DNA of 64,000 bases from an uncultured Granulosicoccaceae bacterium (GCA_937922945.1 CAKZUP010000003.1:6498-70497); one strand, 5' to 3'; counted from the stretch's first letter, positions 47,317 through 57,314 are shown. Numbers and translations: made by a program. Notes: generated from the letters alone by a model not told the origin.

Positions 47317-50157
47317 TTATTTGTTGAGCTGGCTGTTTTCAATAATAGCCAACGCCTCATCAACCAGACGTTTTTGTTCGATAACGTGTTGATTGTGATA
47401 TCCGCTGGCAGGCGATGCCGATGGTGCACGTCCGGCAAACTCAATCGGTGACGTTTTCGGCGTCACTCGCTCAAGACGGTGACGATTCGAACGCCAGGAA
47501 CCTTGATTACGTGGTTCTTCCTGACACCAGACAAACTCTTTTGCGTTGGTATAACGGCCAACAGCCGCCAGCATTTCATCGTACGGGAACGGGTACAACT
47601 GCTCCAGGCGAACAATAGCCACATGTTTGATGTTCTGCTCGCGTCGTCGCTCCAACAAGTCGTAGTAAACCTTGCCACTACAAAACACGACTCGCGTAAC
47701 ATTTGCCACACTCAATTCATCTATTTCATCAATAACCGGCTCAAAGCTGCCCGACGATAACTCTTCCAATGTGGACACGGCCAGTCGATGACGTAACAGG
47801 CTTTTCGGTGTCATCACAATTAGCGGGCGACGCATGGGTCGTAACATTTGTCGGCGAAACATGTGATACGCCTGCGCCGGCGTACTGGGTACCAACACTT
47901 GCATGTTGTCTTCGGCGCACAGTTGCATAAAGCGCTCAATGCGGGCCGATGAGTGTTCTGGGCCCTGCCCTTCATAGCCATGCGGCAGCAGAAGCGTTAA
48001 CCCACACAAACGACCCCATTTGGTTTCACCTGAACTAATGAACTGATCGATAACCACTTGCGCACCGTTGGCGAAATCACCGAATTGCGCTTCCCAGATA
48101 ACCAGCGTGTTCGGGTCGGCTTGCGAGTAACCGTACTCAAAGGCCAACACAGCTTCTTCTGACAATACCGAATCGATAACCAGGAACTGGGCCTGATTAC
48201 TATTGATACTACGCAAAGGAACCAACGCTTCTCGTTTATTCTGATTATGCAGCACAGCGTGTCGGTGGGCGAATGTACCTCGCCCGCAATCCTGACCGGA
48301 TAATCGCACAGAGTAGCCATCCTGCAACAAGCTGGCGTAAGCCAAGGTTTCTGCATAACCCCAATCGATAGGCAATGCTCCAGCTGTCATCTTACGACGG
48401 TCTTCTATGAGTTTATTAACACGCGAATGCAGTGCGAAACCATCCGGAATGGTCGTTAGTTCAGTAGCAAGAGCCTGTAAGGTTTCCACCGGCACGCGCC
48501 CTTCGTAAGGTACGCGCCAATCGGTTGCAACGAACTTGCTCCAATCAACTTCCAGCTCCGGCGCGGTCTGAACGCCCACCATGACATCTGGCGCTACAAC
48601 TTCTCCGGCATCCAATGCATTGCGATAGTTTTCTATCATGGCATCGGCTTCTGCGCGTTCTACCACGTTGGCCTGTTCAAGTTTATCGGCGTATATTTTT
48701 CGTGTGGTTGGCAGCGACTTAATGGTTTTGTACATTAATGGCTGCGTTACCGATGGCTCGTCTGTTTCGTTATGCCCAAGCCGCCGGTAGCAAACTAAAT
48801 CGATAACAACGTCTTTTTTAAACGTCATTCGAAAGTCCAGTGCAAGCTGCGTTACAAACAACACGGCTTCTGGATCATCGCCGTTAACATGAAATATGGG
48901 TGCGTTGATCATTTTCGCAACGTCGGATGCGTAATGTGTTGATCGCGCATCGCTGGCGTTACTGGTGGTAAATCCAATTTGATTGTTCACAATAATATGA
49001 ACGGTACCTTTGGTCGAAAAACCACGCGAGTCGGCCATGTTAAATGTTTCCATGACAACACCCTGCCCGGCGAACGCAGCATCGCCATGGATGGCAATAG
49101 GTATAACCCAGTCACCATCATTGTCGCCGTATCTGTCCTGTCTTGAGCGAACCGACCCTTCAACAACAGGGGAAACTATTTCCAGGTGCGATGGATTAAA
49201 TGCCATCGCAAGATGCATTTGACCGTTCTTGGTTTTAAGATCTGATGAGAAACCTTGATGGTACTTCACATCACCGGACGACAAGGTTTCGTCGTGCTTG
49301 CCTTCAAATTCACTAAAGAGCTCTGCCGGATTCTTACCCAGAATATTGACCAGTACATTGAGCCTGCCACGGTGAGCCATACCGATAACCATGTCTTTAA
49401 CGCCCGCATCGCCGGCACGGCGAACCAGCTCGCTCATTATAACGATGAGGCTTTCACCGCCTTCAAGACCAAAGCGCTTCTGCCCGACAAAACGCGAACC
49501 AAGATGACGTTCCAGACTTTCGCCCGCTGTTACCCGTTGTAACAACCAACGCTGAGTATCTGAAGTGAGCACCGGTGCTGAGGCCACAGATTCAATGCGT
49601 GTTTGTAAAAAATCTTTTTGTGGTGTGTGATCGATATACATGTATTCGTAACCGATACTGCTGCAATAACATTTTTCCAGGTGCTCAATGATGTCTCTTA
49701 AAGGCGCACTATCGATGCCCTCTAGCGATGGTGTCGGAAAGACTGTATCGAGATCGGCTTCCGACAGACCATTTTCATGCAACCGAACTTCACGAACAGT
49801 TGCAGTGGTCACTTGGCCTAGAGGGTCGGTCTTGGCTAACTGATGTCCGCGTACCCGATAAGCGTTTATCAGTTGCGACACATAGATTTGTTTAAGATCT
49901 TGAGACGAGGACCTACCAGCGCTCGCAGCTGGTCTCGCAGTACCGTGACGTGTCAGTTGATAAAAGTGTTGCCGAATATCAGAATGCGGTATGTCGCGAG
50001 CGCTATCACCCACCATGGGCAAGCGTGCAAAGTAATCCCGCCAGGATTCATCGACAGAATTGGGATCTTTCAGATATTGCTCATACTGCGCTTCCAAATA
50101 AGCAGTATTACCACCACTGAACACAGACGTCTCTTGCTGCGCCTTCATTGACTTCAT
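47317..50157 (-). CDS. sucA: 2-oxoglutarate dehydrogenase E1 component
   Basis: 946 aa with the ThDP-dependent E1o signature throughout (GMAHRGRLNVL, HGDAAFAGQGVV, LLLPHGYEGQGPEHSS). Confidence 0.97.
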   Translation of the reverse strand: MKSMKAQQETSVFSGGNTAYLEAQYEQYLKDPNSVDESWRDYFARLPMVGDSARDIPHSDIRQHFYQLTRHGTARPAASAGRSSSQDLKQIYVSQLINAYRVRGHQLAKTDPLGQVTTATVREVRLHENGLSEADLDTVFPTPSLEGIDSAPLRDIIEHLEKCYCSSIGYEYMYIDHTPQKDFLQTRIESVASAPVLTSDTQRWLLQRVTAGESLERHLGSRFVGQKRFGLEGGESLIVIMSELVRRAGDAGVKDMVIGMAHRGRLNVLVNILGKNPAELFSEFEGKHDETLSSGDVKYHQGFSSDLKTKNGQMHLAMAFNPSHLEIVSPVVEGSVRSRQDRYGDNDGDWVIPIAIHGDAAFAGQGVVMETFNMADSRGFSTKGTVHIIVNNQIGFTTSNASDARSTHYASDVAKMINAPIFHVNGDDPEAVLFVTQLALDFRMTFKKDVVIDLVCYRRLGHNETDEPSVTQPLMYKTIKSLPTTRKIYADKLEQANVVERAEADAMIENYRNALDAGEVVAPDVMVGVQTAPELEVDWSKFVATDWRVPYEGRVPVETLQALATELTTIPDGFALHSRVNKLIEDRRKMTAGALPIDWGYAETLAYASLLQDGYSVRLSGQDCGRGTFAHRHAVLHNQNKREALVPLRSINSNQAQFLVIDSVLSEEAVLAFEYGYSQADPNTLVIWEAQFGDFANGAQVVIDQFISSGETKWGRLCGLTLLLPHGYEGQGPEHSSARIERFMQLCAEDNMQVLVPSTPAQAYHMFRRQMLRPMRRPLIVMTPKSLLRHRLAVSTLEELSSGSFEPVIDEIDELSVANVTRVVFCSGKVYYDLLERRREQNIKHVAIVRLEQLYPFPYDEMLAAVGRYTNAKEFVWCQEEPRNQGSWRSNRHRLERVTPKTSPIEFAGRAPSASPASGYHNQHVIEQKRLVDEALAIIENSQLNK

Positions 50158-50202
50158 GAATGTTCCCTAGCTGCTATTGCTCTTGTCATTTTCTTCGGTT
50201 AG

Positions 50203-51240
50203 CTACAAATGCTGCGCAATGTTCTTGATAACGACATCCGTAAATTCATCTGTGTTGAGTTTCCCACCTAAGTCGCGGGTGGACTGGCCAGATTCAATAG
50301 CACCCAGCAGACTCATTCGCAATGCATGGCCAAGATCGTAACGGTCAACGTGATTCAACAACATGCCAAACGCCAACAAAACCGCAGCCGGATTGGCTAC
50401 ATTTTTACCTGCAATGTCAGGCGCTGTGCCGCCAGCAGGGTCAAACATCGCAATATCCACCTGATTATTGTCATCAAAAGAGTAATTGCCGCTGGCACCA
50501 GTACCTAAGCTTCCCACCAAACCGGATGCCATATCGGATAGAAAATCGCCGTACTCGTTTAACACCAGAACCACCTCGTATTGAGACGGGTCCATGATTA
50601 TCTTGGCAAGCAACGCGTCGAATAGTTCAACATGATGCTCAACATCGGTATTCTCTTTGGCCACATCGGCCACAACGCTCTCGAACAAGCCATCGGTGAC
50701 GCGTTGAATTGTGTGCTTGGACGATGAAGTAACGCTGTAGTGTCCGTCGCTGTAAGCAGCCCCCTTTCGTCGAGCTAAATCGAATGCGAATTTGGCAGCT
50801 TGCATGCAGGGACGCCTTTCAACCATACGCAAGGACACCGCGGCTTCTTTGCCGACAAGCTGTCCCGGATCATCGTAGGTACCGCCCGTGGCAATACGCA
50901 CAATATGCAGATTCACGTCTTCTTTGAAGTTAGAGTGAATGCCTTTGATAGAAATGGCCGGGCGATAGATAACACTGAAATCACAGCGCCGACGGATGAG
51001 CGCATTCGGGCTGCGTTTATTGGTAATGGTTGGGTATTTGAGGGCAAGCTTGGTCGCCCGCATGGAGCTTTCCGCTTCATCAATGACTTCGTCACCTTTG
51101 GCTTCACGATTCTCCAGACTCCAATCCACAGGGATGAATTTAAAATCTGCGGGTAAAGAATCCGCTACCGCATGAACAGATGCAGCCAATTCAGGCCCGA
51201 TTCCATCGCCTTCCAGCTCCGTTATTTCTATCGTTTTCAA
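50203..51240 (-). CDS. divergent isocitrate/isopropylmalate dehydrogenase-family protein
   Basis: GDGIGPEL, RSPNALIRRRCDFSVIYRP, NEYGDFLSD, GSLG and APDIAGKNVANP fit the beta-decarboxylating dehydrogenase family. It has a TTG start with GGGAG about 8 nt upstream and lies 45 bp upstream of sucA. Confidence 0.75.
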   Translation of the reverse strand: MKTIEITELEGDGIGPELAASVHAVADSLPADFKFIPVDWSLENREAKGDEVIDEAESSMRATKLALKYPTITNKRSPNALIRRRCDFSVIYRPAISIKGIHSNFKEDVNLHIVRIATGGTYDDPGQLVGKEAAVSLRMVERRPCMQAAKFAFDLARRKGAAYSDGHYSVTSSSKHTIQRVTDGLFESVVADVAKENTDVEHHVELFDALLAKIIMDPSQYEVVLVLNEYGDFLSDMASGLVGSLGTGASGNYSFDDNNQVDIAMFDPAGGTAPDIAGKNVANPAAVLLAFGMLLNHVDRYDLGHALRMSLLGAIESGQSTRDLGGKLNTDEFTDVVIKNIAQHL

Positions 51241-51544
51241 ATCAAGCTCCCGCGCTGGCGTGCATGCCAGGGTTGTTCAAACTGGAAAATGCTGCGTGAG
51301 TTTTCATTTGATCGGGAAAAGTGCAAACCGAAAGGGGGTATTGAAAGCAGAAACATGGGAACCACCCACCCCGTGTTGGAGGCGAGTCGATCTTGGCAAT
51401 GCTTCGTCTGGGTAGAAAACCCGAGTCACGCAGGTTCCAGAATTGGGTGTGAGTTAGTGATGCATAAGGTACACCAATTCCCATCCACTGCCCACTAGCG
51501 CCTCTAACCTTTTTACCTTGTTCTAACACTTGTGAATGGAACCA

Positions 51545-52063
51545 CTAGTCTGTGATATCAAAACGCTCTGGATTAGCCCAAAAACGTGCGTTTAACCAAT
51601 CCGGTGCTTGCTTGTAGCTACTGAGGCTGTAGGTATACCACCGGCAGTCCAGCCCTCCGGAACGCTCGCTTTTTTGAAGTTTTCGGAAGCCAAAAGCAAA
51701 AAATTGCTCATCGCCAAGCAAATTGTCACTGGTTTGACGTTGGGGATGCTCTACCAGCACTCGTTTAGGCGCTGCTCGGCAAGCCTGTCCAAGCAATTGC
51801 CTACAGGCGTCAGCTGTGTCGGTTGCGGACACAGCAGGCAAGGCCACGCACATGGCAAGATCGTCAGCAGGATCTGAACGATTGGCGACGATGAATGCGT
51901 CAATATCGGCGTACTGTGACACCGGCAGCTCGCGGTTACTGTCTGCGCGTTCGCGCAAGGCATTGGAAAGCAGTGGCAGGAGCCGATGAACCGCCTCACC
52001 GACCAAGGCAATGTGCTTTGGCGAATCTGCCAGCAGCAAAGCCACCAAATCGTGATCCTGCAT
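51545..52063 (-). CDS. conserved hypothetical protein
   Basis: About 172 aa from the ATG at 52063, which lies 4 nt after the upstream stop. The C-terminal YKQAPDWLNARFWANPERF motif looks conserved, but I cannot name the family with confidence. Confidence 0.5.
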   Translation of the reverse strand: MQDHDLVALLLADSPKHIALVGEAVHRLLPLLSNALRERADSNRELPVSQYADIDAFIVANRSDPADDLAMCVALPAVSATDTADACRQLLGQACRAAPKRVLVEHPQRQTSDNLLGDEQFFAFGFRKLQKSERSGGLDCRWYTYSLSSYKQAPDWLNARFWANPERFDITD

Positions 52064-52067
52064 GGCC

Positions 52068-52382
52068 TTAATCGGGAAATTTCTCTTTATATTCAGCCAT
52101 CTGCGCATCAGTGGCCTTTAACTGGTATTGATCTTTCCATTGCGAATATGGCATGCCATAGACTCGCTCGCGGGCCATTTCATAATCGACATCGACACCT
52201 TCATCGGCAGCCGCCTTGGCATACCATTTAGCCATGCAGTTACGGCAAAACCCTGCCATATTCATTAAGTCGATATTCTGTACATCGGTGCGCTTTCGAA
52301 AATGCGCCACCATGGTTCGAAATGCGGCTGCTTCGAGGGCTTGCTGGGTAGCAGCATCCACTTTTTTATCAAGATCGCTCAT
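52068..52382 (-). CDS. DUF1244 domain-containing protein
   Basis: EAAAFRTMVAHFRKRTDVQNIDLMNMAGFCRNCMAKWY is the DUF1244 core. The ATG at 52382 is preferred to the longer ORF-track start. Confidence 0.75.
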   Translation of the reverse strand: MSDLDKKVDAATQQALEAAAFRTMVAHFRKRTDVQNIDLMNMAGFCRNCMAKWYAKAAADEGVDVDYEMARERVYGMPYSQWKDQYQLKATDAQMAEYKEKFPD

Positions 52383-52449
52383 TTTGGGGTCCAGATTCGG
52401 TTGAATTGCCCCCATTATAATGAGAACAACCACAGATGCTTGGACTACC

Positions 52450-52797
52450 ATGACCGGTTATTTTTTTGCAGACGCGTTTTTACTGCTGCTGGCTGCGGCA
52501 GTGCTGGGCTTCTGGTGGACTGGCACTCGGGCAAAGGAGCTGGCCGTTGGACATGCTCGCACCTTATGTGAACGTGAATCCGTGCAATTGCTCGACTATA
52601 CCGTTGCGATACAAAAGCTCAGCCTCGCGCGCACCGCATCAGGCAATGCCTGTTTAAGGCGCGAGTACCGCTTTGAATTTACTGCTGAAGGTAACCACCG
52701 GGATCAAGGCAGCGTGGCACTCAATGGCCACGCTTTAGCGAATGTGTATTTGCCCTACACGCGAGATGCCGATGGCAACCGCGTATTCGTCAATTGA
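52450..52797 (+). CDS. DUF3301 domain-containing membrane-anchored protein
   Basis: It has an N-terminal TM helix, then ARTLCERESVQLLDYTVA...LRREYRFEFT, which fits DUF3301. The start could be ATG 52450 or 52420. Confidence 0.65.
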   Translation: MTGYFFADAFLLLLAAAVLGFWWTGTRAKELAVGHARTLCERESVQLLDYTVAIQKLSLARTASGNACLRREYRFEFTAEGNHRDQGSVALNGHALANVYLPYTRDADGNRVFVN

Positions 52798-52854
52798 TTC
52801 AGGGTCGACTCGCTTACTAACGTTTGCGCTTGTTGGCTTATTTCAAGCAACGGA

Positions 52855-53901
52855 TCACTCATCGCAACTAATGCGAAACGTACCATCCAGAGCTTTTGGC
52901 ATAACCAGAGTGCGCATATTGATTTCTGCCGATCTGGCACACATCTCGGCGCGCGCAACGGGATCGGTCACGTATGTCTGATCATATTCCACATGAAATA
53001 CAGGCTTACCAGCAGCGATTATCGCGTTATACGAGCCACACTCATTCCATACAAGGCACACTTCGTTAATAGCTAAATCGAAGTACTGGGCTACATCAGG
53101 AATCATTTCAACCGCGTTTTTCAGTGCGACTGCCAGATTACGCTTATGCGCTTCGTTCGCTAGCAATCGCTGATACGCAAGCTCCTGCTCGTAAGTGATA
53201 TTCAATCCTGTTTCAGCGACAAAACCATCAACGTTATCCAGCTCAACACCATCACAACCCAAAGCGACAGCCATATCCATACGATTCGCCATGACCTTCG
53301 CGGTTTCCGGCGATGTCACGTCTAACCAGATTTCTGACTCATACGCATAATGTTCACCGCCCATAGGGACGTTGGCAAACAAATCTGCGTCGGGCCGCCA
53401 TGGTTCAAAGGTGCCTGCTGAGAAATAGCAGATGACTTGTTTGTTCTGCGCGTGCAGGCGCTCGATAACATCACCTTCGAGCTGCTGGAACATATCCAGC
53501 ACATACACATCCACATCGTAGTTAGTGTTCGTGTCGCCGAGCAATTGCCAGGTCCAGGATGTATCCGGTGTAAATCGAGGCCAGCTTCCACTGGTGATCG
53601 GAGCGGCGCCATCGTCGAGTACGATATTATCCAACACACCCGGTTGCAGCTGAGCATCGATGCGGGCTGTCGACACTACCGGCTCAGCGGGTACTTCTGC
53701 TAGCGGAGTTGTCGGACTTTGCTCGCCCGGGTTTTGCGTTTCGGTACCAGAAGACGTCCCATCCACCGCAGGCAGGGTTGTCGGGTTCTCTCCACCGGGC
53801 AACACCGACACGGAATTTGAGTCACTGGAGCATGCTCCCAGCAACAAACTTCCAACAATGCTAAGGGCAAAACGTATGTTTCTTACTCGCATAACATCCA
53901 T
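52855..53901 (-). CDS. GH114-family endo-alpha-1,4-polygalactosaminidase-like lipoprotein
   Basis: The lipobox is LLLGA|CSSDS, followed by a low-complexity linker. The TIM-barrel motifs are W.WQL, VICYFSAGTFEPWRPD, EIWLDV and GCDGVELDNVDGF. Confidence 0.7.
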   Translation of the reverse strand: MDVMRVRNIRFALSIVGSLLLGACSSDSNSVSVLPGGENPTTLPAVDGTSSGTETQNPGEQSPTTPLAEVPAEPVVSTARIDAQLQPGVLDNIVLDDGAAPITSGSWPRFTPDTSWTWQLLGDTNTNYDVDVYVLDMFQQLEGDVIERLHAQNKQVICYFSAGTFEPWRPDADLFANVPMGGEHYAYESEIWLDVTSPETAKVMANRMDMAVALGCDGVELDNVDGFVAETGLNITYEQELAYQRLLANEAHKRNLAVALKNAVEMIPDVAQYFDLAINEVCLVWNECGSYNAIIAAGKPVFHVEYDQTYVTDPVARAEMCARSAEINMRTLVMPKALDGTFRISCDE

Positions 53902-54122
53902 TACATCCGGTTTGACTTAATACAAATCTATCGGCCCCGCGCACCGCATATTTGAGTAATTGACACCAAAACCGACCGATTACAGGCGTATTCGTCCAGA
54001 TTGAGCGCCTGCTCACAGTTGCTGCGGGAGCGACCTCCGAATTTGAATCACACAGACTGCTGTGTTGACGGGCGGGAATAAGCTAAAATACCTCCCTTAA
54101 TCAATAAGATGGATTGCTCCAG

Positions 54123-54611
54123 ATGACGCCATGCCCATGCGGTTCAGGATCCCCCCTGAGCACTTGCTGTTCACCTTTAATCGAAGGAGCCACAAAGGCT
54201 GAGTCGGCAGAGCAGCTAATGCGCGCCCGATACACGGCGCACACCCTGGCAAAAATGAAGTTCATTATAGACACCCACCATCCTTCTTCACGTGGCGATA
54301 TTGATGCTGTGGCAACGGAGAAATGGGCAGCTGAGTCTGAATGGCTTGGACTGGATATTCGCGAAGTTGACGACTCAACCGAAAACACCACACGAATTGA
54401 ATTTACAGCACGCTATCGAGATACCGATAAACAAAGACACACACACCATGAAGTTGGCGTGTTTGAGAAATACCATGGTCAGTGGTATTTCCGAGATGCT
54501 GAAGTGCCGGAAATAAAGCAGTTTAGAAGAGATGCACCAAAACAAGGCCGTAACGATCCGTGCGCTTGTGGCAGCGGCAAAAAATATAAAAAATGCTGTG
54601 GACAGAACTAG
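54123..54611 (+). CDS. ychJ: YchJ-family (UPF0225) protein with N- and C-terminal SEC-C motifs
   Basis: The N-terminus is MTPCPCGSG...CC, followed by ARYTA. The C-terminus is [17 protein letters not shown]. Confidence 0.85.
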   Translation: MTPCPCGSGSPLSTCCSPLIEGATKAESAEQLMRARYTAHTLAKMKFIIDTHHPSSRGDIDAVATEKWAAESEWLGLDIREVDDSTENTTRIEFTARYRDTDKQRHTHHEVGVFEKYHGQWYFRDAEVPEIKQFRRDAPKQGRNDPCACGSGKKYKKCCGQN

Positions 54612-54681
54612 AAGCGCATTGACCTGACTAACCGACAAAACTTGCTTCGCAAAACCTGCTCGGCATAACTTGGAGAGAATA

Positions 54682-56346
54682 ATGGATAAACCATGGCTAA
54701 ATTCCTATCAGGAAGGTGTACCAGCTGAAATCGATGTAAACGAACACGCATCAGTTGTCGAGATTTTTACCGACGCTTGTGCCAAGTACGCAAACAACCC
54801 TGCTTTCACCAATTTTGGTAAAACCATTAGTTATGCAGAGCTGGACAAGTACACTAATCAATTTGCATCCTGGTTAATCCACGAAGCCGGACTGCAAAAG
54901 GGTGACCGCATCGCAATCATGATGCCTAACCTTCTGCAATACCCGGTTGCTGTGTTCGGCGCGCTACGCGCAGGCCTTGTTGTCGTGAACACCAACCCGC
55001 TGTACACCGATCGGGAATTAGAACACCAGCTCAAAGATTCCGGCGCTAAAGCAATTGTTGTGGTCGAAGCGTTTGCATCAACGCTTGCCGATGTGGTGAG
55101 CAATACCAATGTTGAAGTGGTTATAACCACACGCTTTGGAGACATGTTGAGCTTTCCAAAATCATTGCTGCTGAACTTTGTAATAAAGCACGTGAAGAAA
55201 ATGGTAAAGCCCTATAGCTTGCCAGGTTCACACAGCTTCAAAGATGTACTAAGCAAAGGTGCAGGCTTACCTAAAGTCAGTGCTGAAATGACGCACGATG
55301 ATATTGCGTTTCTACAATACACCGGTGGTACCACGGGCGTTGCCAAAGGTGCGATGCTGACGCACGGCAACATGGTTGCCAATATTCTGCAGGCGTATTA
55401 CTGGATCATTGTTGATGATCTGGATGAAGGCAAAGAAATTATTATTACAGCATTGCCGCTATATCACATCTTCGCATTAACCGCGAATTGCCTCACGTTC
55501 ATGAAACTGGGCGCGCTGAACGTACTCATTACAAATCCTCGTGACATGCCAGGCTTCGTTAAGGAACTCAAGAAGTTTCGCTTTACAGCATTCACAGGCG
55601 TTAACACGCTGTTCAATGCATTAATGAATACCGACGGATTCAAAGATCTTGATTTCTCTGGTTTGAAGATGACGCTTGGTGGCGGAATGGCCGTTCAAAA
55701 AGCGGTTGCCGATCGCTGGAATGAAGTAACGGGTACGCCACTGATAGAAGCGTATGGGTTGACAGAAACCAGTCCTGCGGCGTGCATTAACCCGATGAGT
55801 CTTAAAGAGTACAACGACTCTATTGGCTTACCTATTTCGTCGACAGAAGGCTCGATACGTGGCGAGAACAACGAGCCTTTACCCATTGGTGAAGCGGGCG
55901 AATTGTGCATACGCGGTCCACAAGTTATGGCTGGCTACTGGGAGCGACCTGAAGCCACTGAAAGTACAATAGACAGCGATGGCTGGCTCCATACTGGCGA
56001 TGTTGCAGTAATGAACGAGCAAGGTTTCTTTAAAATTGTCGACCGACTCAAAGACATGATTCTGGTGTCGGGCTTTAACGTTTATCCAAATGAAATTGAA
56101 GGGGTTATCGCCATGATGCCCGAAGTACTAGAAGTCGGTGCTATCGGTATTCCTGATGAACACTCCGGAGAGGTAGTGAAAGTGGTCATCGCAAAGAAAG
56201 ATGAATCGCTCACAGAAGCTGCAGTTTTGGCTCACTGCAAAGAAAATTTAACCGGTTACAAACGCCCCAAGATTGTCCAGTTCGTTGATGAGCTGCCAAA
56301 AACCAATGTTGGTAAGATTCTGCGGCGCGAATTGCGTGAGCTCTAG
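54682..56346 (+). CDS. fadD: long-chain-fatty-acid--CoA ligase
   Basis: It is collinear with E. coli FadD as recalled (WLN.Y...VP.EI, GDRIAIMMPNLLQYPVAVFGALRAG, NPLYTDRELEHQLKDSGA). YTGGTTGVAKGA is present. GGAGAG RBS; ATG at 54682. Confidence 0.92.
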   Translation: MDKPWLNSYQEGVPAEIDVNEHASVVEIFTDACAKYANNPAFTNFGKTISYAELDKYTNQFASWLIHEAGLQKGDRIAIMMPNLLQYPVAVFGALRAGLVVVNTNPLYTDRELEHQLKDSGAKAIVVVEAFASTLADVVSNTNVEVVITTRFGDMLSFPKSLLLNFVIKHVKKMVKPYSLPGSHSFKDVLSKGAGLPKVSAEMTHDDIAFLQYTGGTTGVAKGAMLTHGNMVANILQAYYWIIVDDLDEGKEIIITALPLYHIFALTANCLTFMKLGALNVLITNPRDMPGFVKELKKFRFTAFTGVNTLFNALMNTDGFKDLDFSGLKMTLGGGMAVQKAVADRWNEVTGTPLIEAYGLTETSPAACINPMSLKEYNDSIGLPISSTEGSIRGENNEPLPIGEAGELCIRGPQVMAGYWERPEATESTIDSDGWLHTGDVAVMNEQGFFKIVDRLKDMILVSGFNVYPNEIEGVIAMMPEVLEVGAIGIPDEHSGEVVKVVIAKKDESLTEAAVLAHCKENLTGYKRPKIVQFVDELPKTNVGKILRRELREL

Positions 56347-56392
56347 GTTCGTAAGTGATGATACGTTTAGCTGATTTAAACTGCATCAACGC

Positions 56393-57247
56393 ATGAGTAA
56401 ACGCTACACAACGCTTGTAACGGTTGAACAGCTCGATTCAATTCAAAACAGCAGCACTTGCGTTATTATCGATTGCCGCTTCTCTCTGGCAGACACCAAC
56501 CAGGGAGAAGCGCATTTCAATCAATCCCGAATTCCTCGCGCTCAATATGCGCATCTGGATAAACACCTTTCAAGTCCGATCATTAGCGGTGTCAGTGGAC
56601 GCCATCCGTTACCCGATGTGCAGTTGCTTGAAAAGCAATTCCAGCTTTGGGGCATTAACAACGATACCCAGATAATCGCCTACGACGATAGAAGCGGGGC
56701 TATTGCCAGCAGATTCTGGTGGTTATGCCGTTGGCTGGGCCATGAAGGCTGCGCTGTTCTCAATGGTGGGTTTAGTGCCTGGAATACCGCAAACAAACCA
56801 CTGGAAACCGATGAGCCTATATCGCCTGATCGTGGCAACTTTACTCGCGGCCAGCCGTTGGTCAGCGTGATCGAAAAAACCCAAGTGCTCGATTCAGGTT
56901 TTTGCCTGATCGATGCGCGCGAGGCGGAGCGTTATCGTGGAGAGCACGAACCTATCGACCCGGTTGCCGGCCACATACCAGGCGCATTGAACGCACCTTT
57001 TATGGAAAACCTGGATTCAGACGGTCGGTTTCTTTCAACGAACGATCTGCAAAAGCGCTTTAATGCATTGCTGTCGAAGATAGATAATAAGCAGCTGGTG
57101 CACTACTGCGGCTCCGGCGTCACAGCGGCGCACAACATGCTCGCCATGGCACACGCTAACCTTGACCCGGGAGCACTTTATGCTGGGTCGTTTAGTGAAT
57201 GGGTTGCTCAGGAAAGCCCGGAGTTTCCGGTTGCGCGTGCCAACTGA
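56393..57247 (+). CDS. sseA: 3-mercaptopyruvate sulfurtransferase (tandem rhodanese domains)
   Basis: It has two rhodanese domains. The active-site loop CGSGVTA is MST-type rather than CRKGVTA. Confidence 0.8.
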   Translation: MSKRYTTLVTVEQLDSIQNSSTCVIIDCRFSLADTNQGEAHFNQSRIPRAQYAHLDKHLSSPIISGVSGRHPLPDVQLLEKQFQLWGINNDTQIIAYDDRSGAIASRFWWLCRWLGHEGCAVLNGGFSAWNTANKPLETDEPISPDRGNFTRGQPLVSVIEKTQVLDSGFCLIDAREAERYRGEHEPIDPVAGHIPGALNAPFMENLDSDGRFLSTNDLQKRFNALLSKIDNKQLVHYCGSGVTAAHNMLAMAHANLDPGALYAGSFSEWVAQESPEFPVARAN

Positions 57248-57314
57248 AGTCTCTAACACTGAGTGGACTGACGGATTTAAGCGTCCTTTTAACCTTGGAT
57301 ATTAGGTTTGCTGT

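Noticed and set aside
51172-51529. Two ORFs (108 aa on the plus strand, 95 aa on the minus strand) in the IDH-like gene leader.
   Set aside because: They are mutually overlapping on opposite strands. They have no SD or family resemblance and are Trp/Cys/Arg-rich. I treat the region as non-coding leader (see finding).
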